A DNA stretch of 60,956 bases, filler included, from 7 parts of 7 records of this genome joined end to end with filler, not necessarily neighbours in it; one strand, 5' to 3'. Counted from the whole stretch's first letter, positions 9,994 through 20,642 are shown. Numbers and translations: made by a program. The notes: a model not told the origin generated them from the letters alone.

Positions 9994-10806
9994 ATGACAA
10001 ACAATATAAGTCGTAAACTTGTAAGCATAATTGTGCCCGCATATAATGGGGAAAAATATATCAAAAAATGTATTGATAGTTTGTTAAACCAAACATACAA
10101 TTCAACAGAAATTATTGTAATTTATGATCCATCGCAAGACAACACGTTGAATATTCTAAAAAGATATAAGAATAAGTTAATTATTGTTGAAAACAAAAGA
10201 AAAACTTCTCCAGGAGATGCAAGAAATATTGGATTGGAAATGGCTAAAGGGGAATATATAGCATTTTGTGATATTGATGATTTTTTTTCTCTAGATAAAA
10301 TAGAAAAGCAAATTCAAGTTCTTGATGAAAAAACTGATATAGGTTTAGTTTATTCAGATTTTTTTTTGATGGACTCTGACGAAAAAATCATAGATCAAAT
10401 AAAAACAATGGATTGGAATAAAGAAGAGTGGACATCTAAAAGATATATAGCTTTATCGTCTATTATCTTCCGAAAATCGTTACTAACAAATTCAGGTTGT
10501 TTTGATTCTAGATTTCATTCATCGGAAGATTTCGACTTTTTGCTTCGACTAGCCAAAGCCACACAATTTGAACGAGTGCCAGCATTCTTAGTATACCGAA
10601 GAATACATGACACCAATCTTTCAAAAAGGTATCCAATCAAAAGTAAGATTACTCAACTAGAAATATATTTTAAACATAAAATGTATTTCAAAGGTATTTT
10701 TTATTTTATTAAAGGATTAATTCTTTCCCCTATTTTTTACATTATTATAAGGTATCCTTCATTATATCACTTTTGTAGAACATATATCTTAAAAAAAGAG
10801 AAGTAG
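9994..10806 (+). CDS. Glycosyltransferase family 2
   Basis: VSIIVPAYNGEKYI, ARNIG, AFCDIDD (DxD), SEDFDF. Start placed at ATG 9994, after the upstream stop. Confidence 0.9.
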   Translation: MTNNISRKLVSIIVPAYNGEKYIKKCIDSLLNQTYNSTEIIVIYDPSQDNTLNILKRYKNKLIIVENKRKTSPGDARNIGLEMAKGEYIAFCDIDDFFSLDKIEKQIQVLDEKTDIGLVYSDFFLMDSDEKIIDQIKTMDWNKEEWTSKRYIALSSIIFRKSLLTNSGCFDSRFHSSEDFDFLLRLAKATQFERVPAFLVYRRIHDTNLSKRYPIKSKITQLEIYFKHKMYFKGIFYFIKGLILSPIFYIIIRYPSLYHFCRTYILKKEK

Positions 10807-10818
10807 TGAGGAATTCGT

Positions 10819-13011
10819 ATGAGTAGTTTGATTTTACCAGATAGATGGGATAAAAAAAGAACATTGGCTATAACAATATCTATTCAATTAGCTATGTTGG
10901 GTAGTATTGGACTGGACTATATTGGATATGAAATTCCTATTTTAAGGCAAATCACAGGTTTTATTTACTTGACATTTATACCAGGAATTGTTCTCTTAAA
11001 GATATTAAATATAAAAAAAACAACATCAGCTAATTTTTTATTGTATTCAGTTGGCTTAAGTATCACTTTACTCATGTTTATTGGAGTATTGCTAAATAAA
11101 TTTTTACCACTTTTAGGCATCATGAAGCCACTTACTCCTTTGAACATCTTAGTTAGTGTAAGTCTATTTGTTGTAGCATCATTGATATATATTTTTTTAT
11201 ATGAACCACTAAACACTCCCACGATAACAGTTAATAAATTTTCATATGAACATGTTTCTATGTTTTTTTTGTTAGTATTAATACTGATTTTAAGTATAAT
11301 TGGGTCATGGTATTCAAATACTTATAGAAATCACAGCATCACAATATTCGGGTTAAGTTTGATTCCAGTTGCAATAATAGTAATGTTTTTTTTAAGAGAT
11401 AAAATAAAATCTGAACTATATCCAATAATAACTTATGTACTAGCTTTATCACTTTTGTTTCATTATTCTTTAATATCGTGGTATTTATTTGGATACGATA
11501 TTCACTATGAATATCATGTTTTCGAACTAGTGAAAAACAATTTTATATGGAATTCTACATCTCCATCAACAAACGTAAATTCAATGATAAGTGTTACTAT
11601 ACTGCCTACCATCTACTACTATTTTTTAGATATGGATGGAACTTGGTTAATCAAAATCATATATCCTACAATATTTTCATTTGTTCCTGTTGCACTTTTC
11701 CAAATGTATAAGTCACAAATGGATGATTGGTTTGCTTTTATATCTGTATTTTTTTTGATGTCAAATATAACCTTTTTTACTGAAATGACAATGCTGGCAA
11801 GACAAGAAATTGCAGAGCTATTTTTTGTATTAATCCTATTACTGATTACTGACAAGAGCATAAAGTCCACAATCAAAAAATTCATTGTCATTCTATTCTC
11901 AATCTCAATTGTCCTATCACATTATGGTTTATCATACATATATTTGTTTTATTTGTTCATGTTCCCAATCCTAACAATTTCATTAAATAATCTTAAAAGA
12001 TTTCAGCATAATATGTTGAAACAAGAAAATATATTTACTTCTAGATTTTTTATACTTATATTTGTTGTAACAATTTCTTGGTACATATACAATTCAAATT
12101 CAAGCGCTTTTTCCACAATAGTGAACCTTTTAAGTAGCGTAGTAGAAAATATTTCATCTGATTTATTATCATCAGATTCAAAAGACCCTGTAATAGCAAC
12201 TGCTTTAGGATCTAATCCCGTGGGTATTTCAAAGATACATTTATTACATATTTACTTTAAAAGATTTACATTTGTGTTCATAATAGTGGGATATATAAAA
12301 TATCTATATGAATTAATTCTTAATCAAAATGAGCAGACAGTAAATAGTTACACAATTATTAGCTTGATTAGTTTCTTCTTTTTATTGCTTGTAGTACTTC
12401 TGCCTTCTCTTTCAAGTAGTTGGAATATGACTCGGCTATACCATATAGTATTACTGACTTTAGCACCTTTTGCAATATACGGTCTAAACAATATTATGAC
12501 ATTACTCTTAAGCTTATTAAACCCTAAAGTTAACTTAAAAAATTTTGTAAAACTAATACCGATTATCTTTTTGGTAACCTTTTTTATGCTCGAAATTGGT
12601 TTGATAGATGTATATTGTGAAAATCCTACTTCAGCAGCTTTAGATTTGGATAGTCAAGATATTGTTTCTTTAAATGGTGCATTAACCCATGAGCAGGAAG
12701 TGTATAGTGCAAAATGGTTATATGAAAACAAAAAAAATGGACAATTAATTTATTCAGATAATATTGCAAGAAAACATGTGTTAACAAGCTATGGTTTATT
12801 GTTTTCAAATAAGCTGGACTTATCATTCAACACTAGATTAAGACCAAATTCTTATATATATTTACGATGGTTAAATACTGTGCATGAAATTGTTCCTCAA
12901 CATACAAGGGCTACTGGATGGAAAGAAGAGAATTTATCAACTGTAATTCCAGAACTCAGCTCAGAACATAAAATCTATTCTAATTCTGAAAGTGAAATTT
13001 ATTTAACATGA
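10819..13011 (+). CDS. Polytopic membrane protein, DUF2206-like (archaeal GT-C/polymerase-like)
   Basis: 730 aa with many TM helices; GYDIHYEY, NSMISVTILPTIY, ARQEIAELF, SHYG and KIYSN patterns resemble methanogen DUF2206 proteins found in glycosylation clusters. Confidence 0.7.
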   Translation: MSSLILPDRWDKKRTLAITISIQLAMLGSIGLDYIGYEIPILRQITGFIYLTFIPGIVLLKILNIKKTTSANFLLYSVGLSITLLMFIGVLLNKFLPLLGIMKPLTPLNILVSVSLFVVASLIYIFLYEPLNTPTITVNKFSYEHVSMFFLLVLILILSIIGSWYSNTYRNHSITIFGLSLIPVAIIVMFFLRDKIKSELYPIITYVLALSLLFHYSLISWYLFGYDIHYEYHVFELVKNNFIWNSTSPSTNVNSMISVTILPTIYYYFLDMDGTWLIKIIYPTIFSFVPVALFQMYKSQMDDWFAFISVFFLMSNITFFTEMTMLARQEIAELFFVLILLLITDKSIKSTIKKFIVILFSISIVLSHYGLSYIYLFYLFMFPILTISLNNLKRFQHNMLKQENIFTSRFFILIFVVTISWYIYNSNSSAFSTIVNLLSSVVENISSDLLSSDSKDPVIATALGSNPVGISKIHLLHIYFKRFTFVFIIVGYIKYLYELILNQNEQTVNSYTIISLISFFFLLLVVLLPSLSSSWNMTRLYHIVLLTLAPFAIYGLNNIMTLLLSLLNPKVNLKNFVKLIPIIFLVTFFMLEIGLIDVYCENPTSAALDLDSQDIVSLNGALTHEQEVYSAKWLYENKKNGQLIYSDNIARKHVLTSYGLLFSNKLDLSFNTRLRPNSYIYLRWLNTVHEIVPQHTRATGWKEENLSTVIPELSSEHKIYSNSESEIYLT

Positions 13012-14315
13012 TTATAATTACTCCATCTAAAACGAAGAACAAAAAAGCCAAAACAATATGCTAATAATGTTGCCATAATTGCACCCAACAGGCCTAGACG
13101 TGGAATGAGAATTATATTGCCTATGATATCTGTTGCTGCAATACTCAAAGAGCTTTCCAAGTTAAATCTAGCACCTCTAGTTCCCAGTGAATTCAAAAAC
13201 CATGCATATAAGTCATAGCATACAAATAAGACTGATGTAATTGCAAAGATAATCACTAAGGAAATTTCAATGGGATAATTGTTTCCATATAGTTTTAGTA
13301 TAATTATTTGTGTAAATAAAATGCATGGTATTCCAAATAGAACAATATAAGGTACAATTTTGTTTATTTTATGCATTATGGGACTCTTGTCTTCGTATTT
13401 AGATATAGTTGGGAAAAAGACTGTTTGAAATATCCCAACTAATACCGAAGCTATTCCTATTGATCCAAAGTAGTAAGCATTATATTGTCCGACATGCTCT
13501 ACTAACATATACTTATTAATCAATATTTTATCAATGTTTGTATATAAAATAAATGAAAAACCACTAAAAAAAGAATATGTGCCATATTTTAGTATTTTTT
13601 TTGCATATGTTTTGTCAAATTCGAACTTAAAATAATTACTAATCTTGTGTAATATAACTACACCAATAATTATGTTTGCAAAAAAAATGGGAATAACCAT
13701 TGAGTAAAATATTTTAAATTCCTTCATAATAAATATTGCATATATCACTAAAATAATTCCACTATACAGTGGACGTAAAAGAGAAAGGAATTTCATTTGA
13801 TGTAAACTTCGAACTGTACTTATTGATAGTGCATAAAGCCCAGATGAAAGTGCAAGAATGATTGAAATATGTAGAAATTCAATATCTATTGAAAATAGCA
13901 TACTAATTTTAGGGATGAATAGATAACATATGCTAGTAGCGAAAAAAACCCATACTAATATCAGTAAATATGTAGTAGATAAGACTTTTTTTCTTTTTGT
14001 ATAGTCCACACTTTCTGAATTGTATTTTACCAATGCTATTGGAATGCCTAATAATAGTACCATACTTATAAAAGTAGAAATTGAAATAATAAGAGTATAT
14101 TTTCCATATTCAGATGGTCCCAACAATCTTCCTGCAGATATGTTAAATATGAATGTAAAAAAAGTTGCTATAATGGTCCCTATTGTTACATAAGACAAAT
14201 TACTTAAAAATTTATTTACATCATCACTTATTTTTTCATGAAACAAAATTTCATAAAATTTAGAACTTAAGCTTCTAAATATAGATCCTATTAAATGTTT
14301 ATTTTTCAATGTCAT
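12999..14315 (-). CDS. Wzx-type oligosaccharide flippase
   Basis: GRLLGPSEYGKY, NIDKILI...VGQYNA, NIILIPRLGLLGAIMAT; about 12 TM helices. Confidence 0.88.
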   Translation of the reverse strand: MTLKNKHLIGSIFRSLSSKFYEILFHEKISDDVNKFLSNLSYVTIGTIIATFFTFIFNISAGRLLGPSEYGKYTLIISISTFISMVLLLGIPIALVKYNSESVDYTKRKKVLSTTYLLILVWVFFATSICYLFIPKISMLFSIDIEFLHISIILALSSGLYALSISTVRSLHQMKFLSLLRPLYSGIILVIYAIFIMKEFKIFYSMVIPIFFANIIIGVVILHKISNYFKFEFDKTYAKKILKYGTYSFFSGFSFILYTNIDKILINKYMLVEHVGQYNAYYFGSIGIASVLVGIFQTVFFPTISKYEDKSPIMHKINKIVPYIVLFGIPCILFTQIIILKLYGNNYPIEISLVIIFAITSVLFVCYDLYAWFLNSLGTRGARFNLESSLSIAATDIIGNIILIPRLGLLGAIMATLLAYCFGFFVLRFRWSNYNHVK

Positions 14316-14410
14316 GTGAGTTATTGATTTATTTAATATATTTGTACATTATTAGTAATAATTTTACTTAATACGTTTAATAAAAAGATATTAATTAAGT
14401 ATTAATTGAT

Positions 14411-14596
14411 TCAAAAATCTCTGTTTATTACATTTCGAAAATCTACAATATTCAAATTTGATATCATTTTACTGAATTTAGTCAGATTAATATTTTTGAA
14501 TTCAGAATGATCCGTCAACACCACAATACAATCACTCCCCTCAACAGCCTCATCCAAACTCAAAATTGGATACTCAAACTCCGTAACAAACGGATC
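14411..14596 (-). CDS. C-terminal fragment of a nucleotide-sugar (UDP-glucose/UDP-ManNAc-type) dehydrogenase, cut by contig edge
   Basis: Hand translation: DPFVTEFEYPILSLDEAVEGSDCIVVLTDHSEFKNI...IVDFRNVINRDF*, typical of the UDP-binding domain. Confidence 0.8.
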   Translation of the reverse strand, partial: DPFVTEFEYPILSLDEAVEGSDCIVVLTDHSEFKNINLTKFSKMISNLNIVDFRNVINRDF

Positions 14597-14597
14597 A

Positions 14598-14697
14598 NNN
14601 NNNNNNNNNNNNNNNNNNNNNNNNNNNNNNNNNNNNNNNNNTTAATTAATTAANNNNNNNNNNNNNNNNNNNNNNNNNNNNNNNNNNNNNNNNNNNN
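14598..14697. other. Artificial contig linker
   Basis: N run with central TTAATTAATTAA. Confidence 0.98.
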
Positions 14698-15091
14698 TTC
14701 TCATATTCGACGTGCAGGATTTAGGTAAAAAGCTTTCCAATATTCTTTATATGCCAAAAATACGGGAAATACAAAGTGCTTAAGTGTACTTTGGAAAATT
14801 CACACTCACTTTGATCAGGTTTAATCATGCATGTTGTGACACTCTGTCATTTTTTACAATAAATCAGCAGAAAAGAGCATCCTGTTCAATTAACGCTTGG
14901 TGATGATACAAAACTTAGTCTAAGATAAAAATTGAGAGTTTTTTTGTACCTGCCGGCAAGTCGTAAAAGGAAAGATTGTTGTTGTAATGTTTGAAGGCAC
15001 CTCTCCCTTGCGGTGCTTTTACGGATTACTTTTTAACCCTTACACGGTTTTTTTATAACCAATTAAATATGAAAGAAAATCATTACTATTT

Positions 15092-16933
15092 ATGGATCCC
15101 AAATTAGATGAAAACACATCTGCGATAGTAGTAGAGGCATTGGATAATGTACCCCTGGATATCTGGTGGATTGATGAAAATTATCTTGTTGCCAAGGCAA
15201 ACAAAACCGCCCTTGCAAATGCGGGTAACATTGATGTCGTTCTTTTGGGCGTTCCTGCTTATGAGCTAGATCCTTCTTTTTCAGTCGAAATCTTAGCGCA
15301 CTTTTTTTCAGGTAAAGACAAACAAAAAAAATATATCAGGACACGTACCTTTGCTGATGGCAGTGTTGAATGTAACGAGGAACAGTTGCTGTTGCAGGAA
15401 ACAGAGCAGGGGCGTTTTGTGGTTCGTTACGGGAAAGATATTCTTCAGGGTGAGGGAAAGGCCTACAAAGAAAAAGGCCTATCGGAAAAAGATGAAAATA
15501 CTCGTAAGATTCACATTGAGTTTATTGCCAACATGAACCATGACATCCGTACCCCGATGAACGCTATTATTGGGTACGCGGAAATGTTGGCAGGGAGTGA
15601 TCTCCCCCATCGGGAAAAGAGATTTGCCGACACTATCTTCAGAAGCGGAATGACACTGGTGACAATCCTTAATGACTTAATGGATCTGTCAAAAATCGAA
15701 TCCGGCCGTTTGAAACTGAAAAAAGTACCGGTTCGTATGGAGGAACTTCTTGGCGAGGTGGTTGATCTTTTTCTTGATCAGGCGCAGCTGAAAAAGTTGG
15801 ATGTGACGTATTGCGTTGAGAAAGATGTTCCACCGTTGGTGTTTATAGATGGTATACGCTTAAAGCAGGTTATGCAAAATCTTCTTAGTAATGCTATTAA
15901 ATTTACCAATAAGGGAAGTATTCGCATAACAATAAGGGGGGAGTGGGGCGGTAGCCAGTTAAATAGCTATAATTTGCACATTGTCATTGCTGATACAGGG
16001 ATAGGTATTCCTGAAAAAGATTATGACATCCTGTCACAGATACTCAACCCTGCTGGAGAAGAAGCTGTGACCAGTTATAATGGTCGGGGATTTGGGTTAG
16101 CTTTGTGCGGCAGACTTGTTGCCATGATGGGAGGAGGCATTGCACTTGAAAGCACTTCTGGGGCAGGCACCACTTTTACGATTACTTTATGCGATGTTTC
16201 CATGCCAAACACGCAGTATCAATCCGCATCACAGGCCGCTGTTGCGCCAGAACAAGTTCCCGCTGCGGTTTCCAGGTTGCTGATTGTTGACGACGAAGAA
16301 TTGATTAAAGACGTCTTTGTTGATTATTTTAGCGGATCATCCATGGAGGTTTTAACCGCTTCAACCGGTGATGAGGCAATTGAGGTTGCGGTGCAGCATA
16401 AACCGGCCATTGTTTTTATGGATTTGCATCTCACCGGCAGCAAGGATGGGATGGCCGTGACCAGGGAATTGAGAAACAACCCGGACACAGCACACCTTCC
16501 TGTGATTGTTATGACAGGAGAGCTGCTCGACGATACTGATATTGAGCCTCTTTTTGACGGGTATCTGCAAAAGCCGTTTCGGTTTGAGGGAGTAGAAAAT
16601 ATTATTTCTAAATACAGTCTTGGAGCAGGCTCTGGTGATGATGAGTTGAATAGGGCTGCTGCACTAGCGGACGAAGAGAGAAGCAAACAATTGTATCTCC
16701 TCTCCTCCTTATGGAATGACGAGTTGGAGGTGCAGCTTGAAAAAGCAATTTTTACCGGCGGTCTTTCCAACGCTATCAAACTTGGGGAATTGATAAGGCA
16801 GGAAGGTGAATCAAGAGGGCTTGAAGCGGTTATTGACTTTGGTTCAGAATTGATAGTTTGTGCCACTGAGCATGATATTATTGGTGTAGAGAACCTATTG
16901 ACACAATTGGATAACAATGATCAACACAACTAA
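15092..16933 (+). CDS. Soluble hybrid sensor histidine kinase (PAS-like, HisKA, HATPase, REC)
   Basis: H-box HDIRTPMNAIIG; N-box NLLSNAIKFT; DTGIGI; GFGLAL; receiver LIVDDE...FMDLHL...KP. Confidence 0.92.
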   Translation: MDPKLDENTSAIVVEALDNVPLDIWWIDENYLVAKANKTALANAGNIDVVLLGVPAYELDPSFSVEILAHFFSGKDKQKKYIRTRTFADGSVECNEEQLLLQETEQGRFVVRYGKDILQGEGKAYKEKGLSEKDENTRKIHIEFIANMNHDIRTPMNAIIGYAEMLAGSDLPHREKRFADTIFRSGMTLVTILNDLMDLSKIESGRLKLKKVPVRMEELLGEVVDLFLDQAQLKKLDVTYCVEKDVPPLVFIDGIRLKQVMQNLLSNAIKFTNKGSIRITIRGEWGGSQLNSYNLHIVIADTGIGIPEKDYDILSQILNPAGEEAVTSYNGRGFGLALCGRLVAMMGGGIALESTSGAGTTFTITLCDVSMPNTQYQSASQAAVAPEQVPAAVSRLLIVDDEELIKDVFVDYFSGSSMEVLTASTGDEAIEVAVQHKPAIVFMDLHLTGSKDGMAVTRELRNNPDTAHLPVIVMTGELLDDTDIEPLFDGYLQKPFRFEGVENIISKYSLGAGSGDDELNRAAALADEERSKQLYLLSSLWNDELEVQLEKAIFTGGLSNAIKLGELIRQEGESRGLEAVIDFGSELIVCATEHDIIGVENLLTQLDNNDQHN

Positions 16934-17996
16934 GAAGGCCGTTCGGCCACTCATCTTTATAGTGGATGATGTTCCTGAAAATATACAAATAGCCCTATCG
17001 CACCTTAAATCGCTCGACTGTGAATTTGCCTATGCCACCAGTGGAGAACAGGCGTTGGAACGAATCAAAGCTGCCCACCCGCAGCTTATCCTGATGGATG
17101 TTATGATGCCGGGGATGAGTGGTTTTGAGACTGTGCTTGCATTGAAAAAAGAGCGTGATGTTAGTGGTATACCTGTTATTTTTCTCACTGCACGGGCAGA
17201 GTCCAATGATATCGCCCACGGTCTTGAGTTGGGAGCTGTAGATTATATTGTCAAGCCTTTTAACGGGGCTGAGCTGCGTTCTCGTGTCCAGAATCACCTT
17301 GAACTGTATGCCTATCGGTCTCATCTTGAAGAATTGGTCGAGCAGCGAACACATGAGACAGAACAACTCAAAGATGTCATTATTGAGGCCATGGGTGAGA
17401 TGGCGGAATATCGTGATCCGGAAACAGGGCGCCATATCCAGCGTACTCGCAAATATGTGGAAATTATATCCGAGTCACTGGTCGAAAACGGTCACTTTAC
17501 TGACCAGTTAACGTATGAATATATTGATCTCCTGCAGAAATCTGCTCCTTTACATGACATAGGCAAGGTGGCTATCCGGGATTCGATTCTTCTTAAACCG
17601 GGCAAGCTGACAGTTGATGAATTCGAAGAGATGAAAAAGCACACCTTGTTTGGAGAGGAGGTTATTGCTAACCTTGAGCAGATGGCCGGATATACCACTT
17701 CTTTTTTAAGTTGTGCCAAGGAAATTGCGGGCAGTCACCATGAGAAATATGATGGATCCGGATACCCCAGAGGGATGTCAGGAGAAGATATCCCGTTGGC
17801 CGGAAGAATTATGGCTATTGCCGATGTATACGATGCTCTGATTTCGAAGCGGGTTTATAAAGACGCTATGTCCCATGATGTTGCTGTGAAAATAATGTTT
17901 GATGGTAGAGGGCGTCATTTTGACCCTCTACTCATCGATGCGCTTATCAAGGTGGAACCGCAATTCTATAAGGTCGCTTTGGCCTATAAAGATTGA
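16917..17996 (+). CDS. REC + HD-GYP response regulator (RpfG-like c-di-GMP phosphodiesterase)
   Basis: IVDD/LMDVMMP receiver; RDPETGRH, LHDIGK, HHEKYDGSGYP, ADVYDAL; overlaps the kinase stop. Confidence 0.93.
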   Translation: MINTTKKAVRPLIFIVDDVPENIQIALSHLKSLDCEFAYATSGEQALERIKAAHPQLILMDVMMPGMSGFETVLALKKERDVSGIPVIFLTARAESNDIAHGLELGAVDYIVKPFNGAELRSRVQNHLELYAYRSHLEELVEQRTHETEQLKDVIIEAMGEMAEYRDPETGRHIQRTRKYVEIISESLVENGHFTDQLTYEYIDLLQKSAPLHDIGKVAIRDSILLKPGKLTVDEFEEMKKHTLFGEEVIANLEQMAGYTTSFLSCAKEIAGSHHEKYDGSGYPRGMSGEDIPLAGRIMAIADVYDALISKRVYKDAMSHDVAVKIMFDGRGRHFDPLLIDALIKVEPQFYKVALAYKD

Positions 17997-18242
17997 TGAT
18001 AGCCATGGTGGGGCTCTGAGTGAGGGCCTTGCTGATGTTGAGCGATATTTGATATGGCCTTGATAAGTCAAATTTATATTTCTTTTCAACTTGACTTTGC
18101 TTTGCTCTTCTGTAGTATATAACCGCCTTGGGGCATGAGTAGAAAAAATCGAGTGTGATACTCTGATTCCCCCAGGCAATTATAATGTGGCGTACATGGG
18201 GCTTCCTGCTGCTTGGTATCAAGCAGAAGAATCATGTACAAA

Positions 18243-18387
18243 CTATTCTCAGGGCGGGGTGCAATTCCCCACCGGCGGTAATTCCTGTTTTAGGAAAAGC
18301 CCGCGAGCGCCTGTTGCCGAGCAGCAGGGTCAAGCAGATCTGGTGAGATTCCAGAGCCGACGGTGATAGTCCGGAAGGGAGAGAGTA
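18243..18387 (+). ncRNA. FMN riboswitch (RFN element)
   Basis: Conserved blocks CTCAGGGCGGGGTGCAATTCCCCACCGGCGGT, AGCCCGCGAGC, GATCTGGTGAGATTCCAGAGCCGACGGT and AGTCCGGAAGGGAGA upstream of ribB. Confidence 0.96.
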
Positions 18388-18492
18388 GCTAGGTAGGCTG
18401 GTTTATTATCCTACCTCTGCGGTTGTGTATTCACGCAATCGTTCCCAGCTCTTCTGTGCCCTGGTTCTGGTAAACCTTAAGGAGAAATTACC

Positions 18493-19152
18493 ATGAATCA
18501 GTCTTTGATTTCAAAATTTGGAGACCCGCAGCAGCGGGTTGATGCGGCACTGCATGCTTTGCGCGGTGGTGCGGGTGTGTTATTGGTTGACGATGAGGAC
18601 CGGGAAAACGAAGGTGACCTGATTTTTTCTGCCCAGCATCTGAGTAACGAGCAGATGGCATTGATGATTCGTGAGTGCAGCGGTATTGTATGCCTTTGTC
18701 TGACAGGTGAAAAAGTTGAAACTCTGGGGTTACCGCCTATGGTTGAAGATAACAGCAGTAGGTACCAAACTGCTTTTACGGTTTCTATCGAAGCCAAAGA
18801 CGGGGTCACTACTGGTGTCTCGGCTGCGGATCGGGTCACAACCATTAAGGCGGCGACAGCACCGGCAAGTGGATCTGGGGATATAAATAGTCCCGGGCAT
18901 GTTTTTCCTCTAAGAGCCCGTCAGGGTGGTGTCCTGAGTCGGCGTGGTCATACCGAAGGGACTGTTGACCTGATGAAGCTTGCAGGACTTGCTCCGGCGG
19001 GAGTACTCTGTGAATTAACCAACCCAGACGGCACCATGGCTAGAGTCCCTGAAGTAGTAGCATTTGCCGATAAACATGACATGATAGTGCTCACCATTGA
19101 GGATATTGTGCAATATCGGGAGGCCAATCTCGAAGCTGAGAAAATCAATTAA
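18493..19152 (+). CDS. ribB: 3,4-dihydroxy-2-butanone-4-phosphate synthase
   Basis: [46 protein letters not shown]. Confidence 0.97.
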   Translation: MNQSLISKFGDPQQRVDAALHALRGGAGVLLVDDEDRENEGDLIFSAQHLSNEQMALMIRECSGIVCLCLTGEKVETLGLPPMVEDNSSRYQTAFTVSIEAKDGVTTGVSAADRVTTIKAATAPASGSGDINSPGHVFPLRARQGGVLSRRGHTEGTVDLMKLAGLAPAGVLCELTNPDGTMARVPEVVAFADKHDMIVLTIEDIVQYREANLEAEKIN

Positions 19153-19180
19153 TCTCCGTGGTGCAGCTACAGGTGATTTA

Positions 19181-19215
19181 CCTCGCCCGGTTGGATAACA
19201 CGGGGCGGGGAAAAA
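19181..19215. terminator. GC-rich hairpin between ribB and the MFS gene
   Basis: CCTCGCCC...GGGCGGGG stem followed by an A-run, with no U-tail on the + strand. Confidence 0.35.
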
Positions 19216-19238
19216 GTTAATCACTGGTAAGTGAAAAA

Positions 19239-20642
19239 ATGAGCGAACCTAAAAAGTCAGAGATAAGTAAAGAGCAAGCAAGGCTTGAGCAATCAGCGCT
19301 GATTGTGGCAACGGTGACGTCGTTCATGGGGCCGTTTATGCTCTCGTCTGTTAACATCGCCCTGCCTGCGATGGAGAAAGACCTGCAGCTTAATGCGGTG
19401 CAGCTCAGCTGGATCGCAACCTCTTACCTGCTCGCAATGGCGGTTGTTCTTGTTCCGGCCGGAAAACTTGCCGACATCTTTGGCCGTAAAAAACTGTTTG
19501 CCCAGGGACTTTTTATTTATACTGCGGGGGCAATGGCTGCAGCTTTTGCCAATGCTTTTTTTATGCTCATCGGTGCGCGGATTATTCAAGGTGTCGGGGC
19601 GGCATTTTTTGTAACAACCGGCATGGCCATCTTAACATCTATTTTCCCGCCCGAAAAACGCGGAAAAGTGATCGGTTTTTATGTTGCTGCGGTGTATATC
19701 GGATTGTCTGTCGGTCCTTTTGTGGGTGGGCTGCTTGCCCAACATTTAGGCTGGCGGAGCATTTTTTTTGTTATGCTGCCCATGGGGGTTGCCTCGCTGT
19801 ATTTGACGTTGCACCACCTGAAAGGGGAGTGGTATGGGGAATCCGGGCAACAATTCGATATTGCAGGTGGTCTGTTGTATGCGGCAGCGATTTTGTCAGT
19901 GGTATACGGAGTCACCCGGATACCTTCGGCTATAGGGTTTGGACTTGCGGCAGCCGGAGGCTTGTTTTTTTATGTTTTCATCCGCCATCAACTCAAGGCT
20001 GCGTTTCCTGTCTTTGATGTGCAGCTTTTTGCCACTAATAAGGTGTTTGCATTTTCAAGCATGGCTGCTTTGCTCAACTATTCAGCTACCTTTGCGGTAA
20101 CCTTTTTGCTCAGCTTGTATCTGCAGTATGTGCAAGGGCTGTCTCCCCAAGCTGCCGGTACTCTTTTGATGGCACAGCCGGTGGTGATGGCAATCCTTTC
20201 TCCTTTTGCAGGAAGGCTTTCAGATCAAATCGAACCTCGCCTGCTTGCAACTGCCGGCATGCTGGTGACTGTCATTGGTGTCTCATTGTTAACCATGTTG
20301 ACCCCACAGACACCACTTCCTTTCATTGTAGCCGACTTAATCCTACTTGGAACAGGTTTTGCTCTGTTCAGTTCTCCCAATATGAGCACAATCATGGGCG
20401 CAGTGGAAAAACGTTATTATGGTCTTGCCTCAGGCGCTGTGGCAACCATGCGTCTGTTGGGACAAATGTTCAGCATGGCCCTGGCTACGGTCGTACTCTC
20501 TCTCTTTGTTGGTGAGCAGTCCATCACTCCGAAGATCTATGGTTCCTTTCTCCATAGTATTCATACTGTTTATATCGTTTCTGCTCTTCTGTGCCTGGTC
20601 GGGGTCTATTTTTCCTGGTTCCGTGGGACGGTGCGTCCTTGA
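19239..20642 (+). CDS. MFS transporter, DHA2/EmrB-QacA-like (14 TM)
   Basis: VNIALP, WIATSYLL, GKLADIFGRKK (motif A), RIIQGVG, GPFVGG, WRSIF. Confidence 0.92.
   Translation: MSEPKKSEISKEQARLEQSALIVATVTSFMGPFMLSSVNIALPAMEKDLQLNAVQLSWIATSYLLAMAVVLVPAGKLADIFGRKKLFAQGLFIYTAGAMAAAFANAFFMLIGARIIQGVGAAFFVTTGMAILTSIFPPEKRGKVIGFYVAAVYIGLSVGPFVGGLLAQHLGWRSIFFVMLPMGVASLYLTLHHLKGEWYGESGQQFDIAGGLLYAAAILSVVYGVTRIPSAIGFGLAAAGGLFFYVFIRHQLKAAFPVFDVQLFATNKVFAFSSMAALLNYSATFAVTFLLSLYLQYVQGLSPQAAGTLLMAQPVVMAILSPFAGRLSDQIEPRLLATAGMLVTVIGVSLLTMLTPQTPLPFIVADLILLGTGFALFSSPNMSTIMGAVEKRYYGLASGAVATMRLLGQMFSMALATVVLSLFVGEQSITPKIYGSFLHSIHTVYIVSALLCLVGVYFSWFRGTVRP

Noticed and set aside
14940-15091. c-di-GMP riboswitch upstream of the kinase/HD-GYP pair
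   Set aside because: Only a GGCAA fragment; the GEMM P1/P2 motifs are not recognisable.
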